Assembly (NCBI GenBank): GCA_965204375.1
Contig: OZ241986.1
Location: 1,696,001 to 1,760,000, forward strand
DNA from: Candidatus Latescibacterota bacterium
GTDB taxonomy: Bacteria > Latescibacterota > UBA2968
Length of the DNA: 64,000 bases
Direction: 5' to 3'
Positions within the stretch are counted from its first letter, which is position 1. Each line of letters begins with the position of its first letter. The position numbers were made by a program, and so were the translations under genes. The notes under the pieces were generated by a model. It made no database searches and was not told where the DNA came from. It saw only the letters and a list, made by a program, of their open reading frames with translations. Shown here one piece after another: positions 40,461 through 49,967 of this stretch.

Positions 40461-40738
40461 AATTCGCCAATCTGCATGACCCTAAAGAATTATTAACATA
40501 CCATCCTGTCTGATAAACGATGCAGATTCTGTAATGTTCCCCAGTTTCTAAAACAAAAAAGGGCGCGTTTTTTCCGCGCTTGATTTCAAACTCCCAAAAA
40601 GTAGTAAGACTTTCAGAAAATAAGCAAACCCACCTGTCAAGTCAAGAATACCAGCTTGGGAATCATGACCTCTTGACTTGCACAAGAGATTATCGCATGA
40701 ATATTTAAGTACGTAAACAAAAATCTGAGAGGTCCTCC

Positions 40739-41653
40739 ATGTCCCGCGTCATCGTCATCGGGAGTTCCAATACCGATCTGGTTATTCGCGCCAATAAATT
40801 GCCATCGCCAGGTGAAACAGTGCTCGGCGGCGCGTTTTTTACCGCTGCGGGTGGCAAAGGCGCCAACCAGGCCGTTGCTGCAGCCCGCGCAGGGGCACAG
40901 GTCACATTTATAGCGCGCATGGGTTGTGACGATTTTGGCGCGCAAGCTCTATCGGCCTTTCAACGCGAAGGGATCGACACACGATGGAATGTATCCGATC
41001 CCCATTTACCATCAGGTATTGCATTTATCCTCGTGGATGATCGTGGCGAAAACAGCATTGTAGTCGCTTCAGGCGCAAATGCAGCCCTATCCCCCGATCA
41101 AATCCAGGATCAGGTCTATGAAGACGCAGAAATATGCTTGCTTCAACTCGAAATCCCGATTGAAACCGTCGTCCATGCCGCAGATCTATCGACAAAAAAC
41201 AAGACCCGCGTCGTACTCAATCCAGCGCCAGCAGCAGACCTGCCAGAAGAAATCTGGCCTCACCTGTTTCTCATTACGCCCAATCAAACCGAAACCGAAC
41301 ACCTCACGGGCATTCCTCCCAACAGCCCCCAAAATATCGCAAAGGCAGCCGACAAACTCCTCCAAAAAGGCGCTCAAAACGCCATCATCACCCTGGGAGC
41401 ACAGGGCGCGTTTTTGGCGACACCAGATCAAACTTTACACATACCAGCTTTTAAAGCTACTTCAATAGATACCACCGGTGCCGGCGATGCCTTCAATGGC
41501 GCGCTGTCCTGTGCTTTAAGCGAAAACCAACCCCTTGAAACCGCCATTCGCTTTGCGTGCGCCGCAGGCGCTCTAACCGTTGGCAAAGCCGGTGCCCAAC
41601 CCGCGATTCCCACCAGAGATCAAATCGACGCGCTGTTGGCGAATCCCCCTTGA
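40739..41653 (+). CDS. rbsK: Ribokinase
   Basis: GSSNTDLV, GGKGANQAVAAAR, LNPAPA, DTTGAGDAFNG. Confidence 0.93.
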   Translation: MSRVIVIGSSNTDLVIRANKLPSPGETVLGGAFFTAAGGKGANQAVAAARAGAQVTFIARMGCDDFGAQALSAFQREGIDTRWNVSDPHLPSGIAFILVDDRGENSIVVASGANAALSPDQIQDQVYEDAEICLLQLEIPIETVVHAADLSTKNKTRVVLNPAPAADLPEEIWPHLFLITPNQTETEHLTGIPPNSPQNIAKAADKLLQKGAQNAIITLGAQGAFLATPDQTLHIPAFKATSIDTTGAGDAFNGALSCALSENQPLETAIRFACAAGALTVGKAGAQPAIPTRDQIDALLANPP

Positions 41654-41678
41654 CGACAGCCCCGGCTTGTCCTATATT
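41650..41678 (+). promoter_or_regulatory. Putative sigma70 promoter of a small ORF
   Basis: TTGACG-17 bp-TATATT. Confidence 0.6.
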
Positions 41679-41746
41679 CCTATTCCCTTTCCCAGACTCC
41701 CTCCCCCTCTCTCCCTGATGCCATCCCGTATCAGAAAGGAAATCTA

Positions 41747-41923
41747 ATGGGTTTGAGGAAGGCAAACGCAATCAGGCTCGATTTCGATGACCTCGTCAAA
41801 GAACTCGACGATTTCGAGCAAGACATTAAAACCCTTCAGGAACGCATAGACCAACTCATCACCAACGCGCGAGAAAAATCAGTCGAAGCCGTTGCAAGAG
41901 AAGGCGATATGGGCACAACCTGA
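41747..41923 (+). CDS. Small 58-aa coiled-coil protein (below the ORF-track cutoff)
   Basis: MGLRKANAIRLDFDDLVKELDDFEQDIKTLQERIDQLITNAREKSVEAVAREGDMGTT, with SD AAAGGA, its own promoter and a terminator. Confidence 0.75.
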   Translation: MGLRKANAIRLDFDDLVKELDDFEQDIKTLQERIDQLITNAREKSVEAVAREGDMGTT

Positions 41924-41934
41924 ACACACAACCA

Positions 41935-41970
41935 AACAGGCGGGTATTCTTCCCGCCTGTTGTTTTTTTT
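41935..41970 (+). terminator. Intrinsic terminator
   Basis: AACAGGCGGG-loop-CCCGCCTGTT followed by a T run. Confidence 0.88.
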
Positions 41971-42058
41971 AGTAGTCAGTTATCAGTTGTCAGTCCCAAC
42001 CTCCCAACCCCGGTGGGATGGTGCGGGGTAACTGACCACTGGCTACTGGCTACTGGCT
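41971..42058. repeat. Inverted pair of heptamer tandem arrays
   Basis: AGTAGTC-AGTTATC-AGTTGTC-AGT ... ACTGACC-ACTGGCT-ACTGGCT-ACTGGCT. Confidence 0.75.
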
Positions 42059-42062
42059 TCCC

Positions 42063-42263
42063 ATGTTCTACACCACCATATTTGCCATCGTCCTCATCAT
42101 TGTCATACTGGCCAAATATCTCTACAAACCCGTTGAACGCTGTCCTGAATGCAACACTCCGCGCGAGTCCGATCATCCGATATGCCCGTGCGGATATGTC
42201 TTTGAATTTCCCGATGATGACGATCCCCTCGAATACGGCGATCCAGAAGAAAAGCTCGAATAG
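42063..42263 (+). CDS. Small membrane-anchored zinc-ribbon protein
   Basis: N-terminal TM, CPEC...CPCG, acidic tail. Confidence 0.65.
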   Translation: MFYTTIFAIVLIIVILAKYLYKPVERCPECNTPRESDHPICPCGYVFEFPDDDDPLEYGDPEEKLE

Positions 42264-42369
42264 ACGAATAGACGAACCCCGCCCTACTACCCAACTACTA
42301 TCGCTGATGAACTGGACTGGAAGGCGGCCAGTTGTACCCCGCTCCGTTGATTCGCTGAAAGGAATCCCC

Positions 42370-43728
42370 ATGACCCTCACCGCACTCTCTCCCCTCGACA
42401 ATCGCTACACGAGCCGCTTGACAGATCTCGTTCCCTGTCTCTCGCATTTTGCGTTGATAGCCTACCGCGTACAGATCGAAATCGAATGGTTGCGTTTTCA
42501 ATCAGAGCATCCCGCACTCACACATGTCCGCACATTCACCGATGCAGAACATCAGATGTTGGAATCGTGGATAGACACGTTCGATGAACAACAGGCTCAG
42601 CGCATTGTTGCAATTGAAAGGGTCACCAATCACGATGTCAAATCCGTCGAATACTACGTCAGAGAACGCCTTGAGGAAACATCGCTTGCCGACGTATGTG
42701 AAGCTGTGCATTTTTGTTGCACCTCTGAGGACATCAGCAATCTCGCTCACGCGCTCATGCTCAAGTCCGCTATAAAAGATGTATTTCTTCCTCTGGCACA
42801 GGAAGTTACCCAAATTACTTCACAACTCGCCCAAGACACTAAAAACCTTCCTATACTCGCGCGCACGCACGGCCAACCCGCCACTCCTACCACAATGGGC
42901 AAAGAACTCGCCGTATTTGCCTATCGCTGGCAGCGGCAAATCAAACAGGCGACAAAACTCGAATATCTCGGCAAATTCAATGGCGCCACCGGCAATTACA
43001 ACGCGCATGTCGCGGCCTATCCCGAAGTGTGCTGGCACGACCTCGCCCGCGATTTCGTCCAGCGTCTCGGTCTCACATTCAATCCCCTCACCACGCAGAT
43101 TGAATCGCACGATTATATGGCCGAAATTTTTCACCTGATCATCCGCTTCAACACCATCTCGCTCGACTTTGCCCGCGACATGTGGACCTATATATCTCTG
43201 TCCTATTTTCGCCAAAAAACAGTTGATTCAGAAGTCGGATCTTCCACCATGCCCCACAAAGTCAATCCCATCGACTTTGAAAATGCCGAAGCCAATCTGG
43301 GCATCAGCACGGTCCTGCTCGAACACCTATCGACCAAATTACCCGTCTCGCGCCTTCAGCGCGACTTGTCTGACTCTTCAGCCAGTCGCAATATTGGTCC
43401 AGCTATCGGCCATGCGTGTCTCGCCCTGAAATCCATTCTGAATGGTATGGGCAAGGTCGCTATTGACAAACAGGCCATTGCCAGCGACCTCGAAAACGCT
43501 TGGGAAATCCTCGGCGAAGCCGTGCAAACCGTCATGCGAAAAACCGGATATGAAAATGCCTACGAACTCATGAAAGATCTCACCCGAGGTACAGACATTA
43601 CAAAGGATGATCTCGACAACTTTCTCAACTCTCTCGACCTCCCCCAGGCAGACCTCAAAAATCTGAAAAATCTAACGCCTCAATCCTATATAGGGCTTGC
43701 CCCGCAGCTTGTGGATGATATCTTTTAA
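42370..43728 (+). CDS. purB: Adenylosuccinate lyase
   Basis: LTALSPLDNRY, TNHDVK, ARTHGQPATPTTMGKE, GSSTMPHKVNPIDFEN. Start ATG 42370 after AAAGGA. Confidence 0.96.
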   Translation: MTLTALSPLDNRYTSRLTDLVPCLSHFALIAYRVQIEIEWLRFQSEHPALTHVRTFTDAEHQMLESWIDTFDEQQAQRIVAIERVTNHDVKSVEYYVRERLEETSLADVCEAVHFCCTSEDISNLAHALMLKSAIKDVFLPLAQEVTQITSQLAQDTKNLPILARTHGQPATPTTMGKELAVFAYRWQRQIKQATKLEYLGKFNGATGNYNAHVAAYPEVCWHDLARDFVQRLGLTFNPLTTQIESHDYMAEIFHLIIRFNTISLDFARDMWTYISLSYFRQKTVDSEVGSSTMPHKVNPIDFENAEANLGISTVLLEHLSTKLPVSRLQRDLSDSSASRNIGPAIGHACLALKSILNGMGKVAIDKQAIASDLENAWEILGEAVQTVMRKTGYENAYELMKDLTRGTDITKDDLDNFLNSLDLPQADLKNLKNLTPQSYIGLAPQLVDDIF

Positions 43729-43796
43729 AGACGAGGGGCTGGAGACAAGCCCTGGTGTTCATCGCAATCATCCTCTCATCCTCTCATCCTGATCCT

Positions 43797-44351
43797 ATGC
43801 CCTTTGAATTTGAGCACCTCGACATCCCCGGCGTCATCCTCGTTCGCGCAAAGCGATTTTCCGATGATCGCGGTTTTTTTGTTGAAACGTACAAACGAGA
43901 CGATTTTGAATCCAACGGCATTTCAGAAACGTTCGTTCAGGATAACCACTCTCGCTCTACCCGCGGCGTGCTACGCGGATTGCACTACCAAAAAGACCCG
44001 CGCGCACAGGGCAAACTCATCCAGGTGCTCAAAGGCGAAATATACGATGTTGCCGTCGATATTCGTCGGGGATCCCCCACTTATGGTCAGTGGACCGGCA
44101 TTCATCTTTCCGAAGCGCGATCCGAACTCCTGTATGTTCCCCCTGGCTTTGCACACGGATTCTGCGTTCTCAGCGAAGTGGCGGATTTCACATACAAATG
44201 CACGGATATTTATGCGCCAGAGACCTATCGCGGTATTTCCTGGAATGATCCTGACTTAGACATTTCCTGGCCCATTAAAAATCCAATCCTTTCCAGGCGC
44301 GATCAAAATCTCCCTCCGCTCAAAGACGCAGACAACAATTTTATTTACTGA
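43797..44351 (+). CDS. rfbC: dTDP-4-dehydrorhamnose 3,5-epimerase
   Basis: DDRGFF, FVQDNHSRS, GVLRGLHYQ, DVAVDIRRGSPTYG, PGFAHGF. Confidence 0.95.
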   Translation: MPFEFEHLDIPGVILVRAKRFSDDRGFFVETYKRDDFESNGISETFVQDNHSRSTRGVLRGLHYQKDPRAQGKLIQVLKGEIYDVAVDIRRGSPTYGQWTGIHLSEARSELLYVPPGFAHGFCVLSEVADFTYKCTDIYAPETYRGISWNDPDLDISWPIKNPILSRRDQNLPPLKDADNNFIY

Positions 44352-44358
44352 GGACCCC

Positions 44359-47300
44359 ATGAGCCTGAAGCATTTCTTCCGCACATCCCCCACGCAACAA
44401 CACCCCCTGCTCCAATTGTCACAGCAACGCGTCTCTGCACACATTCAAAATATTGAAACCGAATACTGTTTCAACGTACAAATGGACAGTCCGCTTTCCG
44501 CAGACGAGCAAAACCGGCTCACCTATCTTTTATCTGAAACCTTTGAGGCAAATCGGTTTTCAGAGCAGTCCTTTCTCACAGGACCTGGCACGATCCTCGA
44601 AGTGGGACCGCGCATGAATTTTTCCACAGCCTGGTCCACAAATGCCACGGCAATATGCCACGCCTGCGGGATCACGCAAATTTCGCGCATTGAACGATCG
44701 CGGCGTTACCTTATCAAACCCGCCCTGAGCCTGGATCAGCAAAATATCTTTTTGTCCCTCGTACACGACCGCATGACCGAATGCCTGTATCCCCACCCCC
44801 TCACCTCCTTTGACTCCGATGCCAAACCGGAACCCGTATCCGAGATTCCTCTCATAGAGGGAGGCCGCCGCGCCCTCGAAAAAATCAATCGCACCATGGG
44901 CCTGGCATTTGACGAATGGGACCTCAATTATTACACTGATTTATTTCTCGACCAGATCGGCCGTAACCCCACCAACGTCGAATGCTTTGACATTGCCCAA
45001 TCCAATAGCGAACATTGCAGACACTGGTTTTTCAAAGGTCGCCTTATCATCGACGGCGAAGAGATGCCCGATCACCTCATCGCCATGATCCAATCGACGC
45101 TAAAAGCCAACCCCAACAACAGTACCATCGCCTTCAAAGACAATTCCAGCGCCATCCGGGGGTATCCGATACGCACGATTGTGCCCACCACTATTGGTAG
45201 TCCCTCTCCATTTGCATTTTTAGACCGCACCTGCGACATCATCTTCACCGCGGAAACTCACAACTTCCCATCGGGTGTTGCCCCTTTTCCCGGCGCAGAA
45301 ACAGGTACCGGCGGACGCATCCGAGATGTACAGGCCACGGGTCGAGGCGCGCTCGTCATAGCGGGTACAGCGGCGTATTGCGTAGGCAATTTGTATATTC
45401 CCGGATACGATCTGCCCTGGGAAAATCCCGAATTTAAATATCCCGATAACCTCGCCACCCCCTTGCAAATCGCAATTGAAGCCAGCAATGGGGCCTCGGA
45501 TTACGGCAACAAATTCGGCGAACCTCTCATACAGGGCTACACGCGATCCTATGGTATGCGCCTGCCCAATGGAGAACGCAGAGAATGGATCAAACCCATT
45601 ATGTTCAGCGGCGGGATCGGTCAAATGGACGCGCGTCATACAAATAAAGAAAAGCCCGAACCCCAAATGCTCGTTACCAAAATCGGTGGGCCGGCTTATC
45701 GCATTGGCATGGGGGGCGGCGCCGCTTCGAGCATGGTGCAGGGCGAAAACGAAGCCGAACTCGATTTCAATGCCGTGCAGCGCGGCGACGCAGAAATGGA
45801 ACAAAAACTCAATCGCGTGATCCGCGCCTGTGTTGAACTCGGCGATCAAAACCCCGTTGTCAGCATCCACGACCAGGGCGCGGGTGGCAACTGTAATGTA
45901 CTCAAAGAAATCGTTGAGCCTGCGGGTGCCCGCATCGATATTCGCGCCGTGCCCGTTGGAGATGAAACCCTATCTGTACTCGAAATCTGGGGCGCTGAAT
46001 ATCAGGAAAACAATGCTCTGCTCATCCGTCCCGAACACGCCCATCTCTTTGACGCCCTCTGCAAACGCGAAAAGGTCATTTACGCTTTTGTCGGCGAAGT
46101 AACCGGCGATGGGAGGGTGATAGTCTTCGACAGCAAAGACAACACCACGCCCGTTGATCTCGATCTGGAAAAAGTCCTTGGCGATATGCCGCAAAAGCCC
46201 TTCAAACTCGACCGCTTTCCCACCCGCACAGAACCGCTCACCCTCCCCGAGAATCTGACCGTTAAAAAAGCGCTCAACCGCGTGCTTCGCCTCGTCTCCG
46301 TAGGTTCCAAACGATTTCTCACCAACAAAGTTGACCGCTGTGTAACTGGGCTTGTCGCACAACAGCAATGCGTGGGACCTCTCCAGCTAACCGCAGCAGA
46401 CGTCGCTGTCATTGCACAAAGCCATTTTGGCACGACTGGCGCCGCCACCGCCATTGGCGAACAACCCATCAAAGGTCTCATCGATCCTGCGGCGATGGGA
46501 CGCCTGTGCGTGGGCGAAATGCTCACCAATATCGCCTGGGCACGCCTGAGCACCATCGAAGACATCAAGTGCTCTGGCAACTGGATGTGGGCGGCCAAAT
46601 TGCCCGGAGAAGGCGCAGCACTTTACGATGCGGCCCGCGCCCTTACGGATATTCTGCTCGAATTGGGCATTGCTATAGACGGCGGCAAAGACAGCCTCTC
46701 GATGGCTGCAATCGCGCCGGGAGAGGATGGCGACGAAACCGTTAAAACACCCGGCACACTCGTAATATCGGGCTATGTCACCTGTCCCGACATCACGCAG
46801 ACCGTCACGCCCGACTTAAAACATCCCGATGAGGGCATCATACTTTACGTCGATCTCGGCGCAGACAAACATCGCCTCGGCGGGTCTTCTCTCGCCCATG
46901 TGTACGAGCAACTCGGCAACGAGTCACCAGATGTCGATGATCCCGCCCTGCTCAAACGCGCAATTGGCGCACTCCAATCTTGCATCGCAAAAAACTATAT
47001 TGCCTCGGGACACGACCGCAGTGATGGCGGTCTCATCACCGCGCTTTTGGAAATGGCTTTTGCAGGCAACTGTGGTATTCAGATCAATCTTCAAACCCGC
47101 GCCAATGCGATTCCCGCGCTCTTTTCCGAAGAACTCGGCCTCGTCTTTGAAGTGCATCCCAAAAATCTGGCGATCGTACGAGAAATTTTTAAAAAAGTAC
47201 CCATCCAAACCATTGGAAAAGTAACTTCCAATCCCGCTATCCAAATTTCTGTCAACAACCAGCGCGTTCTCAAAAGTTCCATGCCCGAATTGCGCGACTT

Positions 47301-48249
47301 ATGGGAATCTACGAGTTTCCAACTCGAACGCCGGCAAACCAATCCGTCCTGCGTCGCACAAGAAGAGACTTCCCTACACGCACGCACAGGTCCCAAATTT
47401 ATCGTACCCTTCGGGCCAACACCTACGCCACCCGCCATCCTCAATGCCAGTCGCAAGCCCGCGGTCGCCATCGTGCGCGAAGAGGGCAGCAATGGAGATC
47501 GCGAAATGACCTCTGCATTTTTTGCAGCGGGCTTTGAACCCTGGGATATAACCACCAGCGATCTCTTATCTGGCACCATCGCACTTGACCATCGGTTCAG
47601 AGGGGTCGTATTTGTCGGCGGATTCAGCTATGCCGATGTGCTCGACTCGGCCAAAGGCTGGGCTGGCGTGATTCGCTTCAACGACGGTCTTCGCGCTCAG
47701 TTCGATGCCTTCTACAACCGTCCCGATACTTTCAGCCTCGGCGTGTGCAATGGCTGTCAACTCATGGCCCTGCTCGGCTGGGTTCCGTTCCCCGGCCTTG
47801 CCAACGCGGCACAACCCCGATTTATTCGCAACGAATCCGCGCGTTTTGAATCCCGTTTTTCCACTGTGCAAATTCAAGACAGTCCAGCGATTATGTTTAA
47901 AAACATGGCCGGTGCATCCCTCGGTGTGTGGGTCGCGCACGGAGAAGGCCGCGCATTTTTTCCCCGCGCAGACATACTCGACCGCGTCATAGGCGAAAAT
48001 CTCTCCCCCGTGCGCTACGTCGATGATAACAATACCGCGACCGAAGCCTATCCCTTTAACCCAAATGGTTCCCCGCACGGTATTGCCGGTCTTTGCTCCC
48101 CCGATGGTCGCCACCTCGCCATGATGCCCCACCCCGAACGCACCTTTCTCAAGTGGCAATGGGGCTATATGCCAAACCACTGGAAACGCGATCTTCAAGC
48201 CTCTCCGTGGCTTCAAATATTCCAGAACGCCCGCGAGTGGTGTGAATAA
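44359..48249 (+). CDS. purL: Phosphoribosylformylglycinamidine synthase, large single-chain type
   Basis: QSNSEHCRHWFF, ETHNFP, SIHDQGAGG, GGKDSLSM; glutaminase domain GVCNGCQL and MMPHPER. Confidence 0.97.
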   Translation: MSLKHFFRTSPTQQHPLLQLSQQRVSAHIQNIETEYCFNVQMDSPLSADEQNRLTYLLSETFEANRFSEQSFLTGPGTILEVGPRMNFSTAWSTNATAICHACGITQISRIERSRRYLIKPALSLDQQNIFLSLVHDRMTECLYPHPLTSFDSDAKPEPVSEIPLIEGGRRALEKINRTMGLAFDEWDLNYYTDLFLDQIGRNPTNVECFDIAQSNSEHCRHWFFKGRLIIDGEEMPDHLIAMIQSTLKANPNNSTIAFKDNSSAIRGYPIRTIVPTTIGSPSPFAFLDRTCDIIFTAETHNFPSGVAPFPGAETGTGGRIRDVQATGRGALVIAGTAAYCVGNLYIPGYDLPWENPEFKYPDNLATPLQIAIEASNGASDYGNKFGEPLIQGYTRSYGMRLPNGERREWIKPIMFSGGIGQMDARHTNKEKPEPQMLVTKIGGPAYRIGMGGGAASSMVQGENEAELDFNAVQRGDAEMEQKLNRVIRACVELGDQNPVVSIHDQGAGGNCNVLKEIVEPAGARIDIRAVPVGDETLSVLEIWGAEYQENNALLIRPEHAHLFDALCKREKVIYAFVGEVTGDGRVIVFDSKDNTTPVDLDLEKVLGDMPQKPFKLDRFPTRTEPLTLPENLTVKKALNRVLRLVSVGSKRFLTNKVDRCVTGLVAQQQCVGPLQLTAADVAVIAQSHFGTTGAATAIGEQPIKGLIDPAAMGRLCVGEMLTNIAWARLSTIEDIKCSGNWMWAAKLPGEGAALYDAARALTDILLELGIAIDGGKDSLSMAAIAPGEDGDETVKTPGTLVISGYVTCPDITQTVTPDLKHPDEGIILYVDLGADKHRLGGSSLAHVYEQLGNESPDVDDPALLKRAIGALQSCIAKNYIASGHDRSDGGLITALLEMAFAGNCGIQINLQTRANAIPALFSEELGLVFEVHPKNLAIVREIFKKVPIQTIGKVTSNPAIQISVNNQRVLKSSMPELRDLWESTSFQLERRQTNPSCVAQEETSLHARTGPKFIVPFGPTPTPPAILNASRKPAVAIVREEGSNGDREMTSAFFAAGFEPWDITTSDLLSGTIALDHRFRGVVFVGGFSYADVLDSAKGWAGVIRFNDGLRAQFDAFYNRPDTFSLGVCNGCQLMALLGWVPFPGLANAAQPRFIRNESARFESRFSTVQIQDSPAIMFKNMAGASLGVWVAHGEGRAFFPRADILDRVIGENLSPVRYVDDNNTATEAYPFNPNGSPHGIAGLCSPDGRHLAMMPHPERTFLKWQWGYMPNHWKRDLQASPWLQIFQNAREWCE

Positions 48250-48276
48250 TCTCTATCTCTGCTGTTGGAGGTTTTT

Positions 48277-49953
48277 ATGCAGACCAACTACGACGTCAAC
48301 ATGCAATTAGACGTAAAAATGCCCATGCGAGACGGCATCAATCTCTCTGCCGATATCTACCTGCCTCGAGCACGCGGCAAATTCCCCACCGTGCTCATGC
48401 GAACGCCTTATGACAACAATGCTGACAACATGGTTGAAAAAGCTCGGCGGCTTGCCAACAACGGCTATGCTTGTATTATTCAGGACTGTCGCGGACGGTG
48501 GGACTCAGAAGGGGAATATTACGCCTTTCGGGAAGGCGAAGATGGGTATGACACTCAGGAATGGATTGGCAAACAAGAATGGTGCAATGGCAACATCGGC
48601 ATGGCCGGCAGTTCCTATGGCGGCACGGTCCAGTGGCGCAGCGCGCCGTATCGCAGCCAGTACCTCAAATGCATTACACCCCGCGTTATATGCACGGACT
48701 ATTACTCAGGCCTGGTCCACCCCGGCGGAGCTTTCCAGCTCAACGTCATGATGACCTGGGGCATGCGCACCAACGCCCGCACCGCACAAACCATTGAATT
48801 TCACAACTGGACCGAAGCCTTCCGCGCACTACCCCTCATAGAAATGGACGAACAGGCGGGCCGCAACCTGAATTTCTGGAAGGACTGGGTCGAACACGCC
48901 GCGTACGACGACTATTGGGAACAATTCAACGACGAAACCAAATGGGGTGAAATCGCTGTTCCCGCGTTCAACATGGGCGGTTGGTACGATCTGTACGCGG
49001 CACAGACCTTCACCAACTTCAACGGCCTGCGCCTGCACGGTCGCACCGAAGAAGCAAAAAAGAGCAAACTCATCATCGGCCCATGGCCACATTCTCTCAG
49101 CCTATCGCCCAAAACTGGCGATATTGACTTCGGCGCACCATCAATGGTCGATTTGGAAAGTCTTGAACAGCGCTGGTTCGACCACTGGCTCAAGGGTATC
49201 GACAACGGCATCGCGGATGAACCGCCTTTGCGCCTCTTCATCATGGGCATCAACCAGTGGCGCGACGAACGCGAATGGCCACTTGCGAGAACCCAATGGC
49301 AAAAATGGCACCTGCACTCGAGCGGCAGTGCCAACACACTACTCGGCAATGGCACGCTCGCCACAGCATCGCCGGAGGACGAATCACCCGACCACTACAC
49401 TTACGACCCGCGCTACCCCACCCCGACAATGGGCGGCAACAACTGTTGCTCACCGCACATCGTACCGTGGGGTCCCTATGACCAGCGTCCCGTAGAGATG
49501 CGAAGCGACGTACTCTGTTACACCAGCGATCCCCTCGAAACAGCTCTGGAAGTCACGGGTCCCATCAAAGCCGTCATCTACGCCGCTACTGACTGTACAG
49601 ACACGGACTGGACCGCCAAACTCGTCGATGTATCGCCCACCGGGTATGCGATGAACCTCTGTGACGGCATTTTGCGTGCGCGTTTTCGGGAAAGCCTCAC
49701 CACCCCCACCTTGCTCAAACCCGGTAGCGTCTATGCCTACGAAATTGACCTCGGCGTGACCGGAAACGTCTTCAAAAAGGGCCATCGCATTCTCCTCGAA
49801 ATATCTTCTTCCAATTTCCCCCGATTCGATCGCAATCTCAATACCGGTGGTTCGCTGGGACGTGAGACCGAGATGCGCCAGGCCCATCAAACCGTCTATC
49901 ATTCAAAAGCATACCCATCCCACATCACGCTACCCGTCATTCCCTCGGCATAG
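48277..49953 (+). CDS. CocE/NonD family serine hydrolase
   Basis: MRDG..LSADIYLP, RTPY, QDCRGR..SEG, GSSYGG nucleophile motif, IGPWPH, SSNFPRFDRN. Confidence 0.92.
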   Translation: MQTNYDVNMQLDVKMPMRDGINLSADIYLPRARGKFPTVLMRTPYDNNADNMVEKARRLANNGYACIIQDCRGRWDSEGEYYAFREGEDGYDTQEWIGKQEWCNGNIGMAGSSYGGTVQWRSAPYRSQYLKCITPRVICTDYYSGLVHPGGAFQLNVMMTWGMRTNARTAQTIEFHNWTEAFRALPLIEMDEQAGRNLNFWKDWVEHAAYDDYWEQFNDETKWGEIAVPAFNMGGWYDLYAAQTFTNFNGLRLHGRTEEAKKSKLIIGPWPHSLSLSPKTGDIDFGAPSMVDLESLEQRWFDHWLKGIDNGIADEPPLRLFIMGINQWRDEREWPLARTQWQKWHLHSSGSANTLLGNGTLATASPEDESPDHYTYDPRYPTPTMGGNNCCSPHIVPWGPYDQRPVEMRSDVLCYTSDPLETALEVTGPIKAVIYAATDCTDTDWTAKLVDVSPTGYAMNLCDGILRARFRESLTTPTLLKPGSVYAYEIDLGVTGNVFKKGHRILLEISSSNFPRFDRNLNTGGSLGRETEMRQAHQTVYHSKAYPSHITLPVIPSA

Positions 49954-49967
49954 CAGCGGAGAATAAT

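Noticed and set aside
42296-42369. Purine/ZTP/PRPP riboswitch before purB
   Set aside because: Only a short AACTGG/CCAGTT stem is present, and I could not match any riboswitch consensus.
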